Assembly (NCBI GenBank): GCA_963752475.1
Contig: CAVVYR010000008.1
Location: forward strand, 256,001 to 320,000
Direction: 5' to 3'
Length of the DNA stretch: 64,000 nt
Source of the DNA: an uncultured Chloroflexia bacterium
Lineage (GTDB): Bacteria; Chloroflexota; Limnocylindria; Limnocylindrales; CSP1-4
This document shows positions 57,742 through 64,000 of this stretch, one piece after another; positions within the stretch are counted from its first letter, which is position 1, and every line of letters begins with the position of its first letter. A program made the translations under genes and the position numbers. The notes under the pieces were generated by a model that ran no database searches, had not been told where the DNA came from, and worked only from the letters and a program-made list of their open reading frames with translations.

Positions 57742-57940
57742 TGGTCGTGAGTCCTTTCGGGAGTCGTCTCAGTTGGGGTCGTAGTGGCGAGCTTTCGTCT
57801 CGCCTCGGGAGTGGTGGGGTATGGCGTTCTACGCCTTGTCGGGGGTCGTTAGGCGGACCACCGTTGGGTCATCTCTTGGCCTCCTCGCTCACTGCGTGTC
57901 GTTCGTGGTGTGTCAACGGTTTGTTCACCTGATGCGTCGA

Positions 57941-58028
57941 AGACTACCGGGCTGTACAAGGCTTGTCAACCCCTATTCGGCGAAAACAGAGTCTGCTATC
58001 ATCGACAAACCATGTACAGCATTAAACA
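57941..58028. promoter_or_regulatory. CarH-type operator 3 and divergent promoters (DUF4397 operon / carH)
   Basis: TGTACA 57953, TGTCAA 57964 (minus-strand TTGACA-N17-TAGTCT), TCGACA 58002, TGTACA 58013, TAAACA 58023; TGnTATCAT -10 before ATG 58012. Confidence 0.85.
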
Positions 58029-58929
58029 AGCTTCTATCCGCTCAGGCGTCAGCGTTCCACTCATCCGAGCGTGGGAACGCCGCTACGGCGTTGTCAGTCC
58101 CAAGCGCACGGCCTCGGGCTATCGGATGTACGACGACCAGGCCATCGCCACGCTGATGCGCGTGCGCGAACTGACAGAGAGCGGCTGGACTGCGAGCGAG
58201 GCCAGTCGCGCGGTGCTCGAGGGTGAGGTCGCGGTCCCCGCGCCCAGGCCGCAGCCCGTCACGGCCAGCACCACCGAAGTGAGCCACGCTGAGGCCGCGG
58301 ACCTCATCACCCGCTTCGTAGACTCCGCCACGGACATGGACATCGCCGCCACCGGTGCCGCGCTGGACGAGATCTTCGCGCGCGGCTCCTTCGAGGCCAT
58401 CGTCGACGACCTGCTCATGCCCGCCCTCATCGCCCTCGGCCAGGCCTGGAGCGAGGGCCGCGTCGACGTCGCGGCCGAGCATGCCGCCAGCGCCGCCGTC
58501 CACCGTCGCCTCTCCGCGCTCTACGAGGCCGCCGCCACGCTCGCGGATCCGCTCGTCGTAGTGGGCCTGCCGCCTGGCTCACGACACGAGCTGGGCGCGC
58601 TGGCCTTCGCGGTCGCGTTGCGCCGGAAGGGCGTCGGTGTCCTCTACCTGGGGCCGGATGTGCCGGTCGCCAGCTGGGTCCACGTCATCGGCCAGAACCG
58701 CGCGCGCGTTGCCATCATGTCGGTCGTCCAGGACGTCGACCGTATCTCTGCGCTCGAGGTCGCCACGGCGCTCCGGGACATCGGTAGCAACCCGACCCTC
58801 GCCGTCGGCGGCGGTAGCTCGGACTGGGCCGGCGCTCGGGAAGCCGGTATGGTGGTCCTCCCCAACCGCATCAACGAGGCGGCGGGCGTCGTCGCCAGTC
58901 TGGCGAAGGGGACGACCACGAGCAGCTAG
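58012..58929 (+). CDS. carH: CarH/LitR-type MerR regulator with cobalamin-binding domain
   Basis: MerR HTH (IRAWERRYG, RTASGYRMY); W-x9-EH (WSEGRVDVAAEH); RHELG; YLGPDVP. Confidence 0.9.
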   Translation: MYSIKQASIRSGVSVPLIRAWERRYGVVSPKRTASGYRMYDDQAIATLMRVRELTESGWTASEASRAVLEGEVAVPAPRPQPVTASTTEVSHAEAADLITRFVDSATDMDIAATGAALDEIFARGSFEAIVDDLLMPALIALGQAWSEGRVDVAAEHAASAAVHRRLSALYEAAATLADPLVVVGLPPGSRHELGALAFAVALRRKGVGVLYLGPDVPVASWVHVIGQNRARVAIMSVVQDVDRISALEVATALRDIGSNPTLAVGGGSSDWAGAREAGMVVLPNRINEAAGVVASLAKGTTTSS

Positions 58930-58973
58930 ACAGGGAGCAGGGACATGATCCACGGCGTGCCTCTCTGTTCGAC

Positions 58974-59741
58974 GTGAGCCTGAAGCTCACGATCCTCGGT
59001 TCCTCGGCCGCCTGGTCGGAGCGGCCGGGACGACCATCCTCCTGCTACATGGTGGAGACCGGCGAGCGGGCTATCTTGCTCGATCTCGGTCAGGGCTCGC
59101 TCGGCTCACTCTTTCCTCATCGCGACCCGGCCTCGCTCGAGGCCGTCGTCATCAGCCACATGCACGGCGACCACCACGTCGACCTGATCCCGCTGCGCAA
59201 CCTGCTCTACTACCACTACGGCGACCCGCGTGGCATCGGCCTGCACGTACCCGCCGGCTTGCGCGGGCGCTACGACGCATTCATGGGCGAGGATGGGTTC
59301 CTCGACTTCATGGAGGGCCACGACGTCTACGAGGGCACCTGGCCCGTGGGTCCCTTCACGGTCCAGGCCCATCCGGTCACCCATTCCGAGAACAGCCATG
59401 CCTACCGGGTCACCGACACGGCCGATCCGGATGGACCGGGGCTCGTCTACAGCGGTGACTGCGGCAAGGCGGACGACCTCCTGCCGCTGATCCGCGGAGG
59501 CGATACCGTGTTGTGCGAGGCCTTCTGGTCCACGCTCGAACCGATCCCCAGTGCCAAACACCTTTCGGCCGAACAGGCGGCTGATGTCGCCCGACGCGGA
59601 GGAGCCGCTCACTTGCTGTTGACCCACATCCTTGAGTCATACGATCCCCAGGCCGCGTTGGCGGTCGCCAGGGAGGTCTTCCCCGGACCGGTCGAGCTGG
59701 CCGAGCCGGAGATGGACGTGTCCATCGGAGCCACGCTTTGA
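58974..59741 (+). CDS. MBL-fold metallo-hydrolase (RNase Z/AtsA-like)
   Basis: LTILGS, LDLGQG, SHMHGDH, YSGDC, LCEA, HLS, LLTH. Confidence 0.9.
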   Translation: MSLKLTILGSSAAWSERPGRPSSCYMVETGERAILLDLGQGSLGSLFPHRDPASLEAVVISHMHGDHHVDLIPLRNLLYYHYGDPRGIGLHVPAGLRGRYDAFMGEDGFLDFMEGHDVYEGTWPVGPFTVQAHPVTHSENSHAYRVTDTADPDGPGLVYSGDCGKADDLLPLIRGGDTVLCEAFWSTLEPIPSAKHLSAEQAADVARRGGAAHLLLTHILESYDPQAALAVAREVFPGPVELAEPEMDVSIGATL

Positions 59742-61414
59742 CCGCGGTCCGCTCCATCCGCGCCCGGGTCCACGGGCTCATCGAGGAGGCTTGGGAAGCG
59801 GCCACCGCGTCGGGGGCGCTGCCGCAGGTCGAGGCCGATGCGCGCCCCGAGTTCGAGATCGAGCGCCCGACGAATCCCGACCACGGTGACCTTGCCGCCA
59901 ACCTGGCCATGAAGCTGGCCCGGCCGATGCGCCGATCTCCCCTGCAGATCGCCGAGGCGCTCGCCGAGGCCATCCGTAGCGTGCCCTCTGCCGGTGCGCT
60001 CAGCGAGGTTACGGTGGCGCCACCCGGCTTCATCAACATGCGCCTCTCGGCCGCCTGGCTCGAAGGCCTGCTCGACGAGGCTCGAGCCGCTGGTGACGAC
60101 TTCGGACGCGTCGAGCCCGAGTCACCTCGTCACTTCAACGTCGAGTTCGTGTCGGCCAATCCCACCGGTCCCCTGCACGTGGGCAATGCCCGAGGCGCCT
60201 TCGTCGGCGACCTCCTGTGCCGAGTGCTCGAGGGCGCCGGTCATCGCGTCACGCGCGAGTACTACTTCAACGACGCCGGCTTGCAGATCCGCAACCTCGG
60301 TGTCTCGGTCATCGCGCGCAAGCTGGGCCAGGACATCCCGGAGGACGGTTACCACGGTGCCTACGTGGATGACCTCGCCCAGGAACTCCCCGACGATGTC
60401 TGGGCGATAGCCAACGAGGACGGCGCCGACCGAGAGGCCGTCATAGCCGATTGGGCCCAGGAGCGCGTCCGCTCAGGCATCGAGCGGAGCCTCGAACGGC
60501 TTGGCGTGCATTTCGACGTATGGAAGAGCGAATCGAGCCTGCACACCGAGGGCTGGGTCGGCCGATCGGTCGAACGGCTGCAGGAGGCGGGTCACATCTA
60601 CGAAGAGGACGGCGCTACCTGGTTCCGCTCCACGAACTTCGGGGATGACAAGGACCGCGTGGTCTACCGCTCGGGTGGCCAGCCGACCTACTTCGCTTCG
60701 GACATCGGCTACGTGACCGAGAAGTTCAGTCGCGGCTTCGACAAGCTCATCTACATCTGGGGTGCCGACCACCACGGCACGGTGGCTCGCGTGCGCAACG
60801 CGGCACAGGCCATGGGCCTGCCCGTGAACGAAGTCGAGATGCTGCTCGTGGCCTGGGTCCGCTTCGTGCGAGATGGCGAAGAGATCCCCATGAGCAAGCG
60901 CTCGGGCGAGTTCCTCACGCTCGACGAGCTGCTCGAGGAGCTGGGTGTCGACGCGGCCCGCTGGTCATTCGCCTCACGCGCGCCCAGTTCGCCCATCGAC
61001 GTGGACCTCGAGCTGGCCAAGAAGCAGTCGTCCGAGAACCCGGTCTACTACGTGCAGTACGCACACGCGCGCATCAGCTCGATCCTGGCCAAGGCTGCTG
61101 CAGCCGGGCTCGCTCCCGCTACGGAGTTCGCCGGCATGCTGGAGGGCGATGACGTGGCCACGGGGCTTGCCCGCGAGGTACTGCGACTGCCGGAGGTCGT
61201 CGAGGACGGCGCTCGTGACGAAGAGACACATGGCATCACCACGTACGCCATGGAGCTGGCCACGACGTTCCACGCCTTCTACCGCGATCGCCGCGTCGTC
61301 GACCCTGAGGACCCCGCGACGTCGGCCGGCCGTCTCGCGTTGGTCGGCGTGACACAAGAAGCCATCCGCAACTCGCTGGCCCTGCTCGGTATCTCCGCCC
61401 CGGAATCGATGTAG
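59738..61414 (+). CDS. argS: Arginine--tRNA ligase
   Basis: HGDLAAN, PGFIN, EFVSANPTGPLHVG, GADHHG, MSKRSG, NPVYYVQYAHAR, APESM. Confidence 0.97.
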   Translation: MTAVRSIRARVHGLIEEAWEAATASGALPQVEADARPEFEIERPTNPDHGDLAANLAMKLARPMRRSPLQIAEALAEAIRSVPSAGALSEVTVAPPGFINMRLSAAWLEGLLDEARAAGDDFGRVEPESPRHFNVEFVSANPTGPLHVGNARGAFVGDLLCRVLEGAGHRVTREYYFNDAGLQIRNLGVSVIARKLGQDIPEDGYHGAYVDDLAQELPDDVWAIANEDGADREAVIADWAQERVRSGIERSLERLGVHFDVWKSESSLHTEGWVGRSVERLQEAGHIYEEDGATWFRSTNFGDDKDRVVYRSGGQPTYFASDIGYVTEKFSRGFDKLIYIWGADHHGTVARVRNAAQAMGLPVNEVEMLLVAWVRFVRDGEEIPMSKRSGEFLTLDELLEELGVDAARWSFASRAPSSPIDVDLELAKKQSSENPVYYVQYAHARISSILAKAAAAGLAPATEFAGMLEGDDVATGLAREVLRLPEVVEDGARDEETHGITTYAMELATTFHAFYRDRRVVDPEDPATSAGRLALVGVTQEAIRNSLALLGISAPESM

Positions 61415-61448
61415 ACGACCCGGCTCACGGCCGGAGACACTCGAACAT

Positions 61449-61483
61449 GATCGAAGGCCGGGCTCGTGGCCCGGCCTTCGATC
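61449..61483. terminator. Intrinsic terminator hairpin between convergent genes
   Basis: 15-bp perfect stem GATCGAAGGCCGGGC/GCCCGGCCTTCGATC. Confidence 0.8.
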
Positions 61484-61511
61484 TCTCTGTCGTGGCTCGC
61501 GGGCCGGATGC

Positions 61512-64000
61512 TCAGCGCGGAACGGCGACCGCCACGCCCAGCCCATCGGCTACTGACTGGAGCGTCTCGGCACTGTCAGCGATGAGCACCAACGCCGGGT
61601 TCGAGACACCGCTCGAGACATCGACCGGAGCGACCAGGCCGACACCGTCGAGGCCGGCGACGACCGCGTTGGCGGCATCGCCGAACTGCTCGATGTCCTG
61701 CTCGGTATCCCACTTGGTCTGCCACACGATGGCCCAGCTGCCGTCAGGCCCGTCGAGGCTGACGAGGCGATCACCGCCCCAGCCGGCCGCGGCGTTGGCC
61801 CTCGGCAGCTTCACCGCCGCCTTGGGGCCGGTCTGCTCGCCGGCAGCGCCGTCAGCCAGCCATACGCCGATGCGCAGCTCGCCCATGGTCTGCTGCCACT
61901 TCTCCGACCAGCCGTTCCCAAGACGCGCGGCGATGCCGTCCATGACGATCGTCGTCGGTCGCTCGTCGGGATACTTGGCGGGGTGCAGGATCTGTTCGGT
62001 CGACTCGGGCAAGCGGCCCCAGGCACCGTTGACACTGCCCCAACCGCCGTCACTCTTGAGCCGATCGACGAAGATGCGGCCCTCGAGGAACGGGAACGAG
62101 TACTCACGCTGGAGGATCAGCGGCATGGAGGCGTAGATCGCGTCATCACCAGGAACGGTGATGCCGTTGGTCTGCGCGTCGTTGCCGTACTGCGCCGACC
62201 ACTCGATCATGGCCGAGGTTCCGTCGCCCAGCTCGAGAGCATATGCCGCGAGAGCCTGATCACCTCGGGTCTTGTCGCCCACGCGGGCGGCTTGAAGCCC
62301 GAAGTTCTGGTCGACCAGCGCCCGATCCAGCTCACGCGCAGCCTCAGATCGCTGGGAAGCGTTGAGCTTGTCGTTCGGCTCCAGCACTGACAGATGGCCT
62401 TCGTCCTCGAAGTACGCGACCGGCAACGCCTGTCCGTAGAGCGTCTCGAGCAGCGCGGCCAGGTCGGCGTTGCCCTCGAGCAGGCCCAGCCGCTTGAGCG
62501 CACGCTCCTCGGCCTTGATCGCACCGGTGTCGCGAAGGATGCCGATGCGCTCGGCCAGACCGAGCTCGTGCTGGCGGGCATTGCTGCCGTCATACGGCGT
62601 GTTGCCCAGGTCGAGCCCTCGGATCTGCTGGATCCGAGCGGCGATCGAGTCGAGCTGCGAGGCGACCTCAGCACTGGCGAGGTCTCCACCGGTGCCCATC
62701 TGCTCGATGGCCGGGCCGGTCGAGAACGTGTAGTCGACGGTGCTGTTCTTGTCGAGCGTGGTACCGGCGGCCGGGCTCTGATCGATGACGGTGCCGGATG
62801 GCGCCGCGTTCTCGGCGGGGGTGTTGGTGCCGACGGTGAGCTCGGCCTCCTCGATGGCGGCCTGCGCCTGACCCTGGCCGAGGCCGACGATGTCGGGCAC
62901 CGTGACCTGCTTGGGGCCCTTGCTTATCGTCAGCGTGACGGTGGAGCCGACATCGACCACCTCGCCGGCGACGGGCTCGGTCTTGACGGCGTTGCCAGCA
63001 GCCACGCTGCTGTTCGTCCGCTCCTGGATCTCCACCACGAGCCCGAGGTTCTCGAGATCGTTGACGGCCCGGGCCTGGGACGAGTCCTTGACTGCGGGGA
63101 TCTCCACCTGGGGTGGACCCGCGCTGATGGTGAGGTTCACGGCCGAACCGGTCGGTACCTCGCTCCCAGCGGCAGGATCCTGGCTCAGGACCGTGCCCTG
63201 GGGCGCGTTGTCGTCGGCAACGCTGACGTCACCGACGACGAGCTTGGCGTCCGTGATGGCCGCTTCGGCCCTGCCACGACCGTCACCGACGACATCGGGC
63301 ACGATCGCGGGCTTGGGGCCCTTGCTCACGTTCATCGTGACGGCCGAGCCGACATCGACGACCTCGCCTGCGGCAGGCGTGGTCTTGATGGCGTCACCGG
63401 CCGCGACGTTGGCGTGATGGACTTGCTTGGTCTCGACCACCAGGCCGAGGCCTTCGAGCGTCGACTGCGCTTCGGCAGCCGGCACGTTCTTGACTGCGGG
63501 GATCTCCACCTGGGGTGGACCCGCGCTGATGGTGAGGTTCACGGCCGAACCGGTCGGTACCTCGCTCCCAGCGGCAGGATCCTGGCTGAGGACAGTGCCC
63601 TGGGGGGCGGCGTTCTCCACGCGGTCGTCGGTGCCGACCACGAGGCCGGCATCGGTGATGGCCGCAGAAGCGGCGCCCTTCCTGGAGCCAACGACATCGG
63701 GCACGACCGCAGGCTTGGGACCCTTGCTGACCGTCAGCGTGACGGTCGAGCCGATACCGACCACCTGACCGGCGGCGGGCTCGGTCTTGACGGCGTTGCC
63801 GGCCTCGACCGAAGCGTTGCTTCGTTCCTGGGCCTGGACCACGAAGCCGAGTCCCTCGAGGGCAGCCTGCGCATCGGCGGCGGGCGAATCCCTGACCTCC
63901 GGGATCTCAGCTGTGGGCGGCCCCGAGCTGAGCGTGAGGTTGACGGCCGATCCCGTCGGCACCTCGGCATCGGCAGGAGGGTCCTGCGCGATGACGGTGT
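61512..64000 (-). CDS. Multi-PASTA protein with C-terminal degenerate zinc-peptidase-like domain (5' end beyond window)
   Basis: At least six PASTA repeats; C-terminal STEQILHPAKY, MGEL, AAAGWGGD, WDT; RELDRALVDQNF where HExxH is expected. Confidence 0.85.
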   Translation of the reverse strand, partial: TVIAQDPPADAEVPTGSAVNLTLSSGPPTAEIPEVRDSPAADAQAALEGLGFVVQAQERSNASVEAGNAVKTEPAAGQVVGIGSTVTLTVSKGPKPAVVPDVVGSRKGAASAAITDAGLVVGTDDRVENAAPQGTVLSQDPAAGSEVPTGSAVNLTISAGPPQVEIPAVKNVPAAEAQSTLEGLGLVVETKQVHHANVAAGDAIKTTPAAGEVVDVGSAVTMNVSKGPKPAIVPDVVGDGRGRAEAAITDAKLVVGDVSVADDNAPQGTVLSQDPAAGSEVPTGSAVNLTISAGPPQVEIPAVKDSSQARAVNDLENLGLVVEIQERTNSSVAAGNAVKTEPVAGEVVDVGSTVTLTISKGPKQVTVPDIVGLGQGQAQAAIEEAELTVGTNTPAENAAPSGTVIDQSPAAGTTLDKNSTVDYTFSTGPAIEQMGTGGDLASAEVASQLDSIAARIQQIRGLDLGNTPYDGSNARQHELGLAERIGILRDTGAIKAEERALKRLGLLEGNADLAALLETLYGQALPVAYFEDEGHLSVLEPNDKLNASQRSEAARELDRALVDQNFGLQAARVGDKTRGDQALAAYALELGDGTSAMIEWSAQYGNDAQTNGITVPGDDAIYASMPLILQREYSFPFLEGRIFVDRLKSDGGWGSVNGAWGRLPESTEQILHPAKYPDERPTTIVMDGIAARLGNGWSEKWQQTMGELRIGVWLADGAAGEQTGPKAAVKLPRANAAAGWGGDRLVSLDGPDGSWAIVWQTKWDTEQDIEQFGDAANAVVAGLDGVGLVAPVDVSSGVSNPALVLIADSAETLQSVADGLGVAVAVPR
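63087..63603. repeat. Near-identical ~115-bp blocks 402 bp apart (two-PASTA unit duplication)
   Basis: 63087-63201 and 63489-63603 nearly identical. Confidence 0.8.

Noticed and set aside
57745-57940. Cobalamin riboswitch in the DUF4397 leader
   Set aside because: No B12-box or conserved core recognisable; regulation is explained by the operator repeats

Overview
High-GC bacterial DNA; the gene content and paralog style suggest Chloroflexota, possibly Limnocylindria-like (inference only). (1) 1-11.2 kb is core-like: PASTA Ser/Thr kinase, galU, EamA transporter, class V aminotransferase, DUF3160 protein and three small Cys-rich proteins. (2) About 11.4-36.0 kb is a mosaic accessory region downstream of tRNA-Glu(TTC) (36005-36081, minus). 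It holds three degenerate copies of the tRNA 3' end within a hairpin repeat, two ECF sigma/anti-sigma pairs with a repeated unrecognised ~90-aa domain, and a methyltransferase present once intact and twice as deletion relics. It also holds a TRAP/aldolase module, an AbrB-Doc toxin-antitoxin pair, a TelA/vWA module and several gene remnants. (3) 38.4-58.9 kb appears to be a regulon of a B12-dependent photoreceptor (CarH/LitR type): three divergent promoter regions each carry 11-bp-periodic TnnACA repeats. Predicted targets are a UfaD/UfaO/UfaM-like (furan-fatty-acid-type) gene trio, an acyl-ACP desaturase, photolyase, two glycosyltransferases, SRPBCC proteins, DUF4397 proteins and a fasciclin. 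No carotenoid genes are in the window, and an IS1182 element sits inside the cluster. (4) An MBL hydrolase, argS and a multi-PASTA protein with an apparently inactive peptidase-like domain close the window. All family assignments come from motif recognition by eye, without database searches.
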